A stretch of 64,000 nt of DNA from the NCBI GenBank assembly GCA_015069325.1, contig SVIV01000001.1:360052-424051 (forward strand), written 5' to 3'. Source of the stretch: Clostridiales bacterium. GTDB taxonomy: Bacteria; Bacillota; Clostridia; Christensenellales; UBA1242. Position 1 is the stretch's first letter. Each line of letters begins with the position of its first letter. The notes beneath the pieces were generated by a model that did no database searches, was not told the DNA's origin, and worked only from the letters and a program-made list of their open reading frames with translations. This document shows, one piece after another, positions 37,513 to 49,545 of the stretch. Position numbers and translations under genes: made by a program.

Positions 37513-37947
37513 TTACAAGTCAGATTCTACATCCTGTTTTTCACAATCGAGTTGAAAGTGTGCTTTTTCTAAAATTTTTAAAATATCATTATGATTTTGC
37601 CAAAACAACTTTGCTTCTTGATAATATGAATCAAATTTTGCTAGCATCATTTTAAAATATTTTACTAATATTTTCTTATTATGATGAAGTTGATGTATTC
37701 CATAATAGCATTCAGAAGTCGTGTTTTTTGCCCTTATTTCAAAGTCGTGAATAAATATAAAATTTTTTCTATTTATATTTGAATTAAATGAAAAGAAAGC
37801 CGTTGTGCCATCTTTCATATCTAGGTATCTATATCCTTGCCAAAAACCTGGTTCATAAAGAGGAAAATCAATAGATTTAAAAAACGCAAAAAGTTCTTCT
37901 TGTGATAATTGTTTTACATAATTTGTTGTGTATTTAAATTGTGCCAT
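37513..37947 (-). CDS. hypothetical protein
   Basis: 144 aa from ATG 37947 (RBS AAAGGAG 7 nt upstream). The ORF-track start at 37998 has no RBS. No family recognised. Confidence 0.5.
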   Translation of the reverse strand: MAQFKYTTNYVKQLSQEELFAFFKSIDFPLYEPGFWQGYRYLDMKDGTTAFFSFNSNINRKNFIFIHDFEIRAKNTTSECYYGIHQLHHNKKILVKYFKMMLAKFDSYYQEAKLFWQNHNDILKILEKAHFQLDCEKQDVESDL

Positions 37948-38004
37948 TGCAATCTCCTTTGATGTAGAAATTTTAGCACAAAGAACAACCATTGTCAAGA
38001 TGGC

Positions 38005-40238
<2,234 letters not shown>

Positions 40239-40248
40239 AATTTCTCTT

Positions 40249-41259
40249 TTAATTTTGTGAAGGCATTTCAATGCCAAAATGCTTATATGCTGGCTCTAAT
40301 GCTACTCTTCCACGAGGAGTTCTTGAAATGAATCCCAGTTGCAAAAGGTATGGTTCGTAAACGTCTTCAATTGTTGTAGCATCTTCACTAATAGTTGCAC
40401 TAAGTGTATCAAGTCCGACAGGTCCACCAGCAAACTTTTTAATAATTGAAAGCATAATTTTTCTGTCTATTGTGTCAAGGCCTAGTTCGTCAATTTCCAT
40501 AATTTTAAGTGTGTGATCAGCAATCTCTTTTGTTACGTGCCCTTGCCCTATTACTTGTGCATAATCGCGCACACGTTTAAGCAGTCTGTTTGCAAGACGT
40601 GGAGTCCCGCGAGAACGCTTTGCAATTTCTATACTTGCTTCATCGTCAATTTTAACACCTAAAATTTCTGCCGAACGATTGATAATGACTTGTAATTCTT
40701 CTGGAGAATATAGTTCCAATCTACAAATAACACCAAATCTATCTCTAAGTGGGTTTGTAAGCATACCTGCACGAGTCGTAGCCCCAATCAAAGTGAAAGG
40801 CTTTATCTTTAAACGCATATTACGTGCAGAAGGGCCTTTCCCTACAATAAAGTCTAATGCAAAATCTTCCATCGCTGGATATAAAATTTCTTCAACTGTT
40901 TTGTTTAATCTGTGAATTTCATCAATAAACAATACGTCGTTTTGATTAAGGTTTGTGAGAATTGCGGCAAGGTCTGCAGCGTGTTCAATTGCAGGTCCTG
41001 ATGTTATTTTAATTTGTGAACCCATTTCGTTTGCTATAATATGAGATAGTGTCGTCTTTCCCAATCCTGGTGGACCATATAATAGAACGTGGTCTAAACT
41101 CTCTTTTCTTGCTTTTGCAGCTTGGATGTAAACTGATAATGCATCTTTCACTCTATTTTGACCAATATATGAATCCATTGATGTTGGTCTAAGTGAATTT
41201 TCGATTTCTGCATCAGTTAAGTTTTTAGTGCTTGTGATAAATCTTTCATGTTCTTCCAT
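40249..41259 (-). CDS. ruvB: Holliday junction helicase RuvB
   Basis: Walker [10 protein letters not shown], Walker [10 protein letters not shown], sensor/arginine-finger regions, C-terminal winged helix. Confidence 0.97.
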   Translation of the reverse strand: MEEHERFITSTKNLTDAEIENSLRPTSMDSYIGQNRVKDALSVYIQAAKARKESLDHVLLYGPPGLGKTTLSHIIANEMGSQIKITSGPAIEHAADLAAILTNLNQNDVLFIDEIHRLNKTVEEILYPAMEDFALDFIVGKGPSARNMRLKIKPFTLIGATTRAGMLTNPLRDRFGVICRLELYSPEELQVIINRSAEILGVKIDDEASIEIAKRSRGTPRLANRLLKRVRDYAQVIGQGHVTKEIADHTLKIMEIDELGLDTIDRKIMLSIIKKFAGGPVGLDTLSATISEDATTIEDVYEPYLLQLGFISRTPRGRVALEPAYKHFGIEMPSQN

Positions 41260-41852
41260 TAGCCTTTATACCCCCTTAATGCTTTAGATATAATTTCTTC
41301 TGCAGATGCATTGTTGACAGCGTTAGAACGTGCAAGCATATACGCTTCATTTTTATTAATTCCAAGGCTGATAAGCGTATCTGTAGCCATTTGAACTGCA
41401 TCTTCATTATAATTATTGTCAAAGCTGGTTTGCATAACACTTCCAGGTAAAGGAGAAAGCTTATCTTTAAGTTCCAAGCAAAGTCTTTCAGCTGTTTTTT
41501 TGCCAAGCCCCTTTACCTTTGATAATAATTTGTAATCAGCATTGATTATTGCAACTATAAGGTCAGAAGGATTAAGCCCAGAAAGAATTTGAATTGCCAT
41601 TTTAGGTCCAATACCGCTGACTGAGATGAGATTATAAAATAAATTCTTTTCTTCTACGCTTGAGAAGCCATAAAGGCTAATATCATCTTCTCTTACAGCC
41701 ATATAAGTATAAACCTTTACTGTGTCTCCCTGCAGTGGTAATGAACCTAATGTATTGTTTGACACATTAAGTTCAAATCCTACTCCATTTACATCAAGAT
41801 ATAGTAAGTTGTCTTGCTTATCTTCTACTACACCTACTAAAAATGAAATCAT
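41259..41852 (-). CDS. ruvA: Holliday junction DNA-binding protein RuvA
   Basis: OB domain, tandem HhH ([21 protein letters not shown]), C-terminal domain III. Confidence 0.95.
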   Translation of the reverse strand: MISFLVGVVEDKQDNLLYLDVNGVGFELNVSNNTLGSLPLQGDTVKVYTYMAVREDDISLYGFSSVEEKNLFYNLISVSGIGPKMAIQILSGLNPSDLIVAIINADYKLLSKVKGLGKKTAERLCLELKDKLSPLPGSVMQTSFDNNYNEDAVQMATDTLISLGINKNEAYMLARSNAVNNASAEEIISKALRGYKG

Positions 41853-41861
41853 ATAATCTCC

Positions 41862-42350
41862 TTAAACTTTATTTACATTTAACATTGGGCTTGTTTGACT
41901 ATGGCAAATGGCTACCGCTAATGCGTCAGCTGCGTCATCTGGCTTTGGAATTGAGTTAAGCCCTAAAATTGCCTTAACCATATACTGCACTTGTGCTTTT
42001 TCAGCACGTCCATTACCTGTTAATGCTTGTTTGATTTGAAGTGGCGTGTATTCATAAATGTTGCCACAGTATTTTTGACAGGCAAGCAAAATTACTCCCC
42101 TTGCTTGAGCAACAGGAATGACAGTTGTTTGATTTTTGAAGTAGAAAAGTTCTTCAACCGCTACAACATCTGGCTTATATTTTTCAAATAAATATTTTAA
42201 ACTACTGTCAATTGCTTGAAGACGCACAGGCATACTATCTTCTTTAGGCGTTGTAATTGCGCCATAATCAACAACCATATCGTTTTTACTTGTATCAATA
42301 ATTCCATACCCTACAATTCCATATCCAGGGTCAATTCCTAAAATAACCAT
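41862..42350 (-). CDS. ruvC: Holliday junction resolvase RuvC
   Basis: ILGIDPGYG start, E in AVEELF, and DAADALAVAICH catalytic residues. Confidence 0.95.
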   Translation of the reverse strand: MVILGIDPGYGIVGYGIIDTSKNDMVVDYGAITTPKEDSMPVRLQAIDSSLKYLFEKYKPDVVAVEELFYFKNQTTVIPVAQARGVILLACQKYCGNIYEYTPLQIKQALTGNGRAEKAQVQYMVKAILGLNSIPKPDDAADALAVAICHSQTSPMLNVNKV

Positions 42351-42437
42351 AAGTCTAGTTTACACTAAAAAAGCATATTAGTCAAATAAATACTTTATAA
42401 ACTAAAAAAATATAGTGTGAAACTATATTTTCTTAAT

Positions 42438-43172
42438 CTATTCTTCGTCCGGCAGCTCTACATTATGATAAACTTGTTGCACGTCATCAAGGTCTTCAAG
42501 TGTTTCAATCATTTTATTGAATTTTACAACTTTTTCTGCATCTAATTCAACATAATTGTCAGGCACAAGTGTAGTTTCTGCATTGACAATTGAATAGCCT
42601 GCATTTGTTAATCCTTCGCTAACTGCGGTATGAGCATTTGGCTCTGTAATTACTTCGCAGTATTCATCATATTCAACAATATCAACTGCTCCCAAATCGA
42701 GTGCGGTCATCATAAGTTCGTCATTATCAAAGTTGTCTGTTTTTTCAATTTCAACAATACCCTTTAAGTTGAAAAGATAGCTTACGCAACCGTTTGCGCC
42801 CAAAGCACCACCGAATTTATCAAAAGCGTGTCTAACGTCGCCGGCTGTGCGATTTTTGTTGTCTGTTAAACATTCAACAATAACAGCACTTCCGCCTTGG
42901 CCATAACCTTCGTATGTGCAGCTTTCGTAGTTTACTCCACCAGTTTCGCCGGCAGCTTTTTTAATGCTTCTTTCGATTGTATCGTTTGGCATATTGTTTT
43001 GCTTTGCTTTTGCAATAACGTCTTTAAGTTTTGGATTTGAGTTTGGATCAGAACCGCCTTGTTTTACAATAACTGCGATTTCTCTACCGATTTTGGTAAA
43101 TATTTTACCTCTTGCAGCATCACTTTTGCCTTTTCTGGCTTGAATATTATGCCATTTTGAATGTCCTGACAT
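42438..43172 (-). CDS. yebC: YebC/PmpR-family transcriptional regulator
   Basis: [15 protein letters not shown] start and overall 244-aa YebC pattern. Confidence 0.93.
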   Translation of the reverse strand: MSGHSKWHNIQARKGKSDAARGKIFTKIGREIAVIVKQGGSDPNSNPKLKDVIAKAKQNNMPNDTIERSIKKAAGETGGVNYESCTYEGYGQGGSAVIVECLTDNKNRTAGDVRHAFDKFGGALGANGCVSYLFNLKGIVEIEKTDNFDNDELMMTALDLGAVDIVEYDEYCEVITEPNAHTAVSEGLTNAGYSIVNAETTLVPDNYVELDAEKVVKFNKMIETLEDLDDVQQVYHNVELPDEE

Positions 43173-43244
43173 TGTTCTTTCCCCTTTTATAATATTTTGT
43201 TTGTATTATATCATTTTGTTTGTATTATTGTCAAATAAAACGTG

Positions 43245-43976
43245 TTATGAGAGATTGTTTTTTGCTAATTGATACATTATAATTCCACCACTTATTCCGG
43301 CATTAAGGCTTTCGACGCCTTCTTTCATAGGAATTCGAACCTTATGTGAACAAATTTTGATAAGTTCATCGCAAACACCTTGTCCTTCATTTCCTACAAT
43401 AAGTCCTATTTGTTCAGCGCAATTAAATTCAAATATATTCTCTCCGTCCATATCTGCGACCAGTAAGTTTAAATCCCATTCTTGTGCCTTCTTTATAAAA
43501 TCATCAACTGATAGGGATATTACTTTTTCATTGAAAATTGTTCCTACTGTGCTTCGAATAAGCTTTGAATTGGTTGGCTTAACGCTGTCAAGAAGATATA
43601 CATATTCAAATCCGCAAGCGCAAGCTGTCCTTATTAAAGTTCCAACATTGCCCGGGTCTTGAAGCCTATCTAAAACAAGGAAGTTTGTTTTTGGCTTTTC
43701 CACAATATGTGGGGTGTATTCTGCAATACAAACTACTCCCTGTGGTGTTTTGCTATCTGAAAGCTGTTCAATTACCGATTTGTCAACCTTATAAATTGGA
43801 CAATCCATATCATCAAAAATATTATCTTCTTCATTTGTCAAGAAGATATATTTTGCCTCTAATCCCCCATTCAACGCGTCTTTAATAATCTTAAAATTAT
43901 CTAAAAAAAGCAAAGAATGGTCTTCACGCTTTGCTAGTTTTAGTTTTTTAATAAGATTGTTTTCTGCTCGCTGCAT
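43245..43976 (-). CDS. TrmH/SpoU-family RNA 2'-O-methyltransferase (YsgA-like)
   Basis: SPOUT motifs DPGNVGTLIRTA, VGNEGQGV, and ESLNAGISGGIIMY. Located after rplT, like Bacillus ysgA. Confidence 0.85.
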   Translation of the reverse strand: MQRAENNLIKKLKLAKREDHSLLFLDNFKIIKDALNGGLEAKYIFLTNEEDNIFDDMDCPIYKVDKSVIEQLSDSKTPQGVVCIAEYTPHIVEKPKTNFLVLDRLQDPGNVGTLIRTACACGFEYVYLLDSVKPTNSKLIRSTVGTIFNEKVISLSVDDFIKKAQEWDLNLLVADMDGENIFEFNCAEQIGLIVGNEGQGVCDELIKICSHKVRIPMKEGVESLNAGISGGIIMYQLAKNNLS

Positions 43977-44317
43977 TATTTAACTTGTCCAACAAGTGCT
44001 GCAAATGCTTCAGGTTCTCTTACAGCCATATCAGCAAGAACTTTTCTGTTAAGGTCAATTCCTTTCACTTTAAGTCCAGCGATAAATTTAGAATATGAAA
44101 TTCCATTTTGTCTGCAAGCAGCATTGATTCTTGTAATCCAAAGTGCTCTGAAGTTTCTTTTCTTGAGTTTACGTCCAATATAAGCATATTGTCCACTCTT
44201 CATCACTTGTTCTCTAGCTGTTCTGTAAAGCTTAGATTTAGCTCCTCTATAACCCTTAGCACTCTTAAGGATTGAACGACGCTTTTTAACTGCATTAACT
44301 GCTCTCTTAATTCTCAT
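43976..44317 (-). CDS. rplT: 50S ribosomal protein L20
   Basis: [21 protein letters not shown]...[12 protein letters not shown] pattern. Confidence 0.96.
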   Translation of the reverse strand: MRIKRAVNAVKKRRSILKSAKGYRGAKSKLYRTAREQVMKSGQYAYIGRKLKKRNFRALWITRINAACRQNGISYSKFIAGLKVKGIDLNRKVLADMAVREPEAFAALVGQVK

Positions 44318-44328
44318 AAGTTGTCCTC

Positions 44329-44523
44329 CTATTTAGCCAAAAGGGTCTTAATATTTTGTGCATTTTTTCCTGCAATGTATGAACCCTTTCTAAGTTTTCT
44401 TTTGTTTGCTTTTGATTTCTTTGTAAGGAAGTGTCCTTTTCCTGGTCTAGCAAACTTAACTTGACCGCTTCCTGTAATGCGGAAACGCTTTTTGCATCCG
44501 CTATGTGTTTTTTGTTTTGGCAT
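44329..44523 (-). CDS. rpmI: 50S ribosomal protein L35
   Basis: [20 protein letters not shown]..., 64 aa. Confidence 0.96.
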   Translation of the reverse strand: MPKQKTHSGCKKRFRITGSGQVKFARPGKGHFLTKKSKANKRKLRKGSYIAGKNAQNIKTLLAK

Positions 44524-44536
44524 AACCTTTTCTCCT

Positions 44537-45055
44537 TTATTTTGTTTTCTTTGGGCTTATAATTATAAAGATATTTCTTCCCATATGTTCTGGTTGTTTT
44601 TCAGTTGTTCCAACTTCCCCAAGTCTAGCACAGAAATCGTTTACAATTTCGATTCCTTTCTTAACATAAGCTTGTTCGCGTCCTCTCATTTTAAGAGTAA
44701 CCTTCACTTTGTTGCCTTCTTGAAGAAATTTTGTTGCATTTGCAATACGATAAGCAATATCATATTCTTCAATAGTCATTGAAAGTTGAATTTCTTTTGT
44801 TTCAATGATTTTTTGAGCCTTTTTGATTTCCTTGTCTTTTTTGATTGCGTCATATTTAAATTTGCCGTAATCAAGAATCTTGCAAACAGGTGGCACACTT
44901 GCCCCTGACATTAACACAAGGTCAAGCCCAGCGTCTTCCGCTTTGGCAAGCGCTTCACTAGTTGAAACAATACCAAGTTGTTCCCCATTTTCACCGATTA
45001 AACGAACCTGCGATGCAGTGATTTCTTCGTTTATTAAAAGTTCCTTAAAAATAAT
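44537..45055 (-). CDS. infC: translation initiation factor IF-3 (non-canonical ATT start)
   Basis: The ORF track begins at an internal ATG (44917). The same frame is open to the TAA at 45070-45068 and encodes INEEITASQVRLIGENGEQLGIVS, the conserved IF-3 N-domain. Only ATT/ATA codons follow RBS AAAGGGG; ATT at 45055 is 6 nt after it. Confidence 0.9.
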   Translation of the reverse strand: MIFKELLINEEITASQVRLIGENGEQLGIVSTSEALAKAEDAGLDLVLMSGASVPPVCKILDYGKFKYDAIKKDKEIKKAQKIIETKEIQLSMTIEEYDIAYRIANATKFLQEGNKVKVTLKMRGREQAYVKKGIEIVNDFCARLGEVGTTEKQPEHMGRNIFIIISPKKTK

Positions 45056-45070
45056 TATAATCCCCTTTTA

Positions 45071-45195
45071 AATAAAAATTTGGTGGAAGTATAAATTCCA
45101 CCAAAAAACCCTATATCTATTTAAATAAATTAAGTTTTTTAACCAAGCCTAACCTATTGTTGACTGGTGAGAAGTGGAACTTCTACTTTCATACG
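45071..45195 (-). promoter_or_regulatory. infC-rpmI-rplT leader with terminator/antiterminator (probable L20-responsive attenuator)
   Basis: Minus strand: terminator UUGGUGGAA-loop-UUCCACCAA (45104-45080) plus UUUUUAUUU just before the infC RBS. An upstream hairpin AGAAGU-UCC-ACUUCU (45186-45170) contains UUCCAC, which can pair with GUGGAA of the terminator 5' arm. Confidence 0.55.
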
Positions 45196-45200
45196 CGTTA

Positions 45201-45229
45201 ATAATATCACAAATAGTATATTTTGTCAA
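45201..45229 (-). promoter_or_regulatory. sigma-A promoter of the infC operon
   Basis: Minus strand: TTGACA (45229-45224), 17 nt, TGaTATTAT (45206-45201). Confidence 0.7.
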
Positions 45230-45814
45230 CTATTTTTTATTATTTTTTTCTTTTAATACGAATTTTTCTAATATTTTGCCTATTTTTAGGACTATTTTAT
45301 TTGATTTGTTTAAAGAATACTCTTTCATTAATGCCTTAAAAAATATTGTCCACCCGGCAATAAGTGCTGAAACTGTGATTGTAATCAGTATAGCAAGACT
45401 CGCATTGGTTAAGTTGTTGGTAAGGACAACTACTATACACGCCCCGCCTGCTCCGCATAATGTGCTGCAAATATCGCCAACTACATCACCACAAAAAGAG
45501 CTTACCTTTTCACAGTGATAACATAAGGCAAATCCAGCCTTAGCGCCTTTAACTCCAGTTTCCTTCCATTTGGCAAAGGAATTGATATCTGCTGATACCG
45601 CAGCAACAGCAACCATATCAAATATGACTGAAATAGAAATAAAAAGGCATATCAAACACGTTGCAACAATTATCCCCATCTTAGATAGGATTGTCTGGCT
45701 TATAAAGCCAAAACATAATGATAAGCTAATTGAAACAACAAACATTTTAAATGCCCATTTAAATGTTTTTCCCCGCTTAGTTGCAGTTATTGAGACTCTT
45801 GAATGTTCTTTCAC
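45230..45814 (-). CDS. hypothetical integral membrane protein (Cys-rich, 4 TM)
   Basis: 194 aa, four hydrophobic helices with vague resemblance to DUF21/CNNM TM domains. No confident family. Confidence 0.5.
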   Translation of the reverse strand: MKEHSRVSITATKRGKTFKWAFKMFVVSISLSLCFGFISQTILSKMGIIVATCLICLFISISVIFDMVAVAAVSADINSFAKWKETGVKGAKAGFALCYHCEKVSSFCGDVVGDICSTLCGAGGACIVVVLTNNLTNASLAILITITVSALIAGWTIFFKALMKEYSLNKSNKIVLKIGKILEKFVLKEKNNKK

Positions 45815-45850
45815 AAAATATAATATGCTTTATTTGATGATAAATATTCT

Positions 45851-46060
45851 TTATACTTCGTCAAGCCCTTCTAAAGATTCTTTAAGTTCGTAAAATTTGC
45901 CTTTGGCACCGTCTAAACAAGAGTAGCATTGTTTTATAAGCAATTCTCCCCTTTCAAACAGTTTCATAGATTCATCTAGTGGTAAAGACGAGTTTTCTAT
46001 TTTGTCTATAATATCTTGAAGCTCTTTAGATGCTTCTTCATAAGAAATTTTCGTTGCCAT
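45851..46060 (-). CDS. xseB: exodeoxyribonuclease VII small subunit
   Basis: 69 aa. SYEEASKELQDIIDKIENSSLPLDESMKLFERG pattern. Abuts xseA. Confidence 0.92.
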   Translation of the reverse strand: MATKISYEEASKELQDIIDKIENSSLPLDESMKLFERGELLIKQCYSCLDGAKGKFYELKESLEGLDEV

Positions 46061-47236
46061 TTATTCTCCTTTAATTTCTGCAGAAACTTTTCCGTCTTTG
46101 AAAATTATTTGTAATAGTTCGGATTTGTCAAGATCGATTTTAGCCTGGATTGATTTTCCGTTTTGTTCCACCCTTGCATATCCTTTGTTGAGAATGTGTT
46201 TTGGATTAATTTTATTTAGCGTGTTTTCAATCATACCTAATTCATAATATCGTTGATTTAATGATTTTTCAAATCCATTTAAAAGTTGTAATTTTTTTTG
46301 TTCTAAAACTGAATATTCTTTAGTTAAAATATTGTTCATATGTCCATTAATCATCAGAGACAAATTATCAATTTTTTTATAATGTTCGGCTAAATACCTT
46401 TCGCTCGATGAAAGAAATCTGGATTTAAGTGAGTTTAACTCTTGTTTTCGGGCTTCAAGATTGAAAGTTAATAATTCGGCCGCCGCAGATGGCGTTGGAG
46501 CCCTAAGATCGCTTACAAAATCAAGTATAGTATAGTCGGTTTCGTGTCCAACAGCAGAAACGATTGGTTTTGGACACGCATATGTTGCCCTAGCTACCAT
46601 TTCAGTATTGTATGGCGCTAAGTCTTCTAAAGAGCCACCACCACGAGCAACTACAATAACATCAATATCATCGTAATTGCCTAAAAGTTCGATAGCGTGA
46701 GCAATCTCGTTTTCGGCAAAATTTCCCTGAACTTTAGTATTAAACAACACAATATCTATATTGGGATTTCTTCTCCAAGCTACATTTTTGATATCTTGAA
46801 TTACAGCACCATCTCTAGATGTTATAACGCCAATACGTTTAATATCTGGTGGCATTGGGATTTTATGAGAATTATCAAAAAGTCCTTCACTTTCTAATTT
46901 TTGTTTGAGTTTTAAAAAATCTTCATATAGTTTTCCTAGGCCAACCTTTTCAATTTTTACCACATTAAAATTAAGTTTTCCACCTTTAACATAAAAGTTG
47001 GGACTGCCAACGACAACAAGTTTATCCCCTTCTTTTAATTCATTTGCTAAAGCAGGATAAAAACAAACACAAGGAAGGCTTGCTTCCTCGTCTTTTAGTG
47101 AAAAATAAATTACATTTCTTGAAATACTTAAACCAAAAACTTCCCCTATGACAGGAATATTGCGCAAAAGCTCTTCTGCATCAAAAACCTGTTTAATGTA
47201 TGTGTTTAGTTTTGAAACGGTTATTGCTTCAGTCAT
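46061..47236 (-). CDS. xseA: exodeoxyribonuclease VII large subunit
   Basis: TVSKLNTYIK start, OB fold, catalytic region GVITS...RGGGS.EDL, and TPSAAAE. Confidence 0.94.
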   Translation of the reverse strand: MTEAITVSKLNTYIKQVFDAEELLRNIPVIGEVFGLSISRNVIYFSLKDEEASLPCVCFYPALANELKEGDKLVVVGSPNFYVKGGKLNFNVVKIEKVGLGKLYEDFLKLKQKLESEGLFDNSHKIPMPPDIKRIGVITSRDGAVIQDIKNVAWRRNPNIDIVLFNTKVQGNFAENEIAHAIELLGNYDDIDVIVVARGGGSLEDLAPYNTEMVARATYACPKPIVSAVGHETDYTILDFVSDLRAPTPSAAAELLTFNLEARKQELNSLKSRFLSSSERYLAEHYKKIDNLSLMINGHMNNILTKEYSVLEQKKLQLLNGFEKSLNQRYYELGMIENTLNKINPKHILNKGYARVEQNGKSIQAKIDLDKSELLQIIFKDGKVSAEIKGE

Positions 47237-47621
47237 TTTGATCCTTTACAATTGCAGACAGCACTCCATTGATAAAACGACTACTCTTTTCTGTAGAAAA
47301 TTGTTTTGAAAAATTTACTACTTCATTTATTACTATTTGGAATGGAGTTTGAATGTATTTTATTTCAGTTACTGCTAAATATAGAAGTGCAAGATCAACT
47401 TTGTAGACCCTATCTAATGAATATCCAATAAGTTTTGAATTTACTACCCCTTCAATTTCACTTCTATTTGCTTCGAATTTTAAAATTAAATCTTTGGCGA
47501 AATTTCTGTCTTCTTCTTTCTTCAAAACGGCAAAAAACTCTTCATCAAAGGTGTAATTTTCTTTAACGAAAAGTCTTTCAAATATAAGTTTAAATGCTAA
47601 TTCTCTTGCTTCTGTTCTCAT
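47229..47621 (-). CDS. nusB: transcription antitermination factor NusB
   Basis: 130 aa; MRTEARELAFKLIFE...; FINGVL near the C-terminus. Confidence 0.92.
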   Translation of the reverse strand: MRTEARELAFKLIFERLFVKENYTFDEEFFAVLKKEEDRNFAKDLILKFEANRSEIEGVVNSKLIGYSLDRVYKVDLALLYLAVTEIKYIQTPFQIVINEVVNFSKQFSTEKSSRFINGVLSAIVKDQND

Positions 47622-47977
47622 TTGATTGCCTCGTCAACTGCCACTCCACATACGTGAACATTGATTTTTCCTGGTTTGATGCCTACCATTGAGTTGAGTG
47701 AGTTTTTAATGTTTTCTTGCACTCTATAAGCAATATCAGGCACACTATATCCAATATACACTCTAATATAAACATCTACGTTTAAAACACCGTTTAAATC
47801 AAATTTAATGTTTACCCCTTCACTTTTCTTTTTAGCGAGTTTTCTGATAAAAGGCATCTCTGCATTTGTAAGAGATTCTACCCCATTAATTTCTTTAGCA
47901 GCAAGGTTGATGATTGACAAAAGAATATCTCTGTCAATTTCAACTTTTCCTTTTTTCTGCAAGGTTGATTTTGTCAT
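47618..47977 (-). CDS. Asp23/Gls24-family (alkaline shock) protein
   Basis: 119 aa; ILLSIINLAAKEINGV pattern. Position upstream of nusB as in Bacillus yqhY. Confidence 0.85.
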   Translation of the reverse strand: MTKSTLQKKGKVEIDRDILLSIINLAAKEINGVESLTNAEMPFIRKLAKKKSEGVNIKFDLNGVLNVDVYIRVYIGYSVPDIAYRVQENIKNSLNSMVGIKPGKINVHVCGVAVDEAIK

Positions 47978-48028
47978 TTTTTTCTCCTATTCTTTAGTAT
48001 TATAACACAAAACATTTATAGATTGCAA

Positions 48029-48499
48029 TTATTCTACTGGAATAATTGTAACATTTTCTAAACTTGCGTTAAGTTGAGATTGAATAACAGCCAAAATTTT
48101 AGCCACTTCGCTTGAATTAAGTTCTTTTGCTTTTACAACTGCGTTTACATTGTCATCTAAGATTGATACTATACAATCTTCAAATCCTTTTGCTTTAATT
48201 AAGCCTTCAATTACAAGTTCTTGTTCCATTTGTGAAATTAGTGCAAGCTTTAATGTTTCTGCATTTGCAATGGCATCAGTTGTTGATGATTCATTTGAAA
48301 TGATTGCATCATAATACAAAAGTTCTTGGTCGCGTGTTGACTCTCTTGTCGAACGATATGTCGAGAAATAGCTAGCCGTTGTTGTAATTTGTTGACTGTT
48401 TTCTGATACTGAATTATTGAGCATAATATTTAAATATCCTGTAACACCTAAAAGTAATACCATAGCGGTTATAATAATAAGTTTTGTTCTTTTTTTCAT
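48029..48499 (-). CDS. spoIIIAH: stage III sporulation protein AH
   Basis: N-terminal TM, YscJ/FliF-like C-terminal domain (EGLIKAKGFEDCIV...VNAVVKAKEL). Last gene of the spoIIIA operon. Confidence 0.85.
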   Translation of the reverse strand: MKKRTKLIIITAMVLLLGVTGYLNIMLNNSVSENSQQITTTASYFSTYRSTRESTRDQELLYYDAIISNESSTTDAIANAETLKLALISQMEQELVIEGLIKAKGFEDCIVSILDDNVNAVVKAKELNSSEVAKILAVIQSQLNASLENVTIIPVE

Positions 48500-48511
48500 A
48501 ACATCTCCTTT

Positions 48512-49045
48512 TTAATTGATAATATTTATTTGCGATGAATCAACATCAATCATTGTCTTTATCACTTGAATAATATTAAGTTTGACCGAAACTTCTTCAC
48601 TTCCTTGCACTACGACTACAATGCCCTTGATGACGGGATAAATTTCTTCTAACATTACAGGTTTCCCATCAATATAAACAAGGGTTGTCGTGGTTATGCT
48701 TGTCCCGTTAGATGTTGTTCTCGTTTCGTCTTCTGTTTGATAAACATACTCAAAGCCCTTTTCCAGCGTAATAGCAACTTCTACATTTTCTACCCCCTTT
48801 AAACAGTTGATTACACTTTCAAGTTTATTCTCGAGATAGACCACATATTCCGCCGAAGTAGAAAATTCTGTCCGATTATTGTCGATTGTTTCTTCTTTAT
48901 TGCTATCTTTCTGAGACGGCAAGGCGACAAAGTAAACACAAATCGAAAGTAACGCAAGAGATAATGCCAAATAAATATATAAGTGTTTAATTTTTTTTAT
49001 TCGTTCAAAGAGTGCTTTAAATTTTTCTTTAAAGTCAATTTTCAT
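48512..49045 (-). CDS. spoIIIAG: stage III sporulation protein AG
   Basis: TM plus C-terminal ring-forming domain (YPVIKGIVVVVQG). Operon position. Confidence 0.85.
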   Translation of the reverse strand: MKIDFKEKFKALFERIKKIKHLYIYLALSLALLSICVYFVALPSQKDSNKEETIDNNRTEFSTSAEYVVYLENKLESVINCLKGVENVEVAITLEKGFEYVYQTEDETRTTSNGTSITTTTLVYIDGKPVMLEEIYPVIKGIVVVVQGSEEVSVKLNIIQVIKTMIDVDSSQINIIN

Positions 49046-49535
49046 ATGATATCATCTCCCCGTCAATTTTTGTGTGTTTTTGAATGATTGTTGTAATATG
49101 TTTTTTGATTTTCAATATATCTTTATGCTCAGCATTTTGGCTTATTACCAAATCAGATAAATCGACACAAACCGATTTGATTTTTAAGGAACTTTCGAAA
49201 ATATTGCTATTTATAAATACCTTTACATTTTCATACCCATTTTCTAGAATTTCATCTTCTATTACTGCTTGTAATGCATTCATTTTATCAAAATTTAGTT
49301 GATAAAGGTAATCTTCATCTAACATAAAGCTATTTTCAAATTGAAACAAATTAGCATAATTTATGTTTGTATTCAAAAGTTTAGGAATGGGCGAAATAAC
49401 AACTAAGACTATCACAAAAGAAAAAATGCTTTTAATATATTTATTTATTTGCCCGTCTGGAAGTATTAATTCAATTAAAACAGACAGACAAATTATACCT
49501 GCAATTGACAAAATCCAAGAAGAAATCCCTGTCAT
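49035..49535 (-). CDS. spoIIIAF: stage III sporulation protein AF
   Basis: Two N-terminal TM helices (ISSWILSIAGIICLSVLIELILP). Operon position. Confidence 0.85.
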   Translation of the reverse strand: MTGISSWILSIAGIICLSVLIELILPDGQINKYIKSIFSFVIVLVVISPIPKLLNTNINYANLFQFENSFMLDEDYLYQLNFDKMNALQAVIEDEILENGYENVKVFINSNIFESSLKIKSVCVDLSDLVISQNAEHKDILKIKKHITTIIQKHTKIDGEMISYEN

Positions 49536-49545
49536 TTTGACTCCT

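Noticed and set aside
45174-45518. 114-aa plus-strand ORF overlapping the infC leader and the membrane-protein gene
   Set aside because: It is antisense to a better-supported 194-aa membrane protein and to the infC promoter and leader. It has no RBS.
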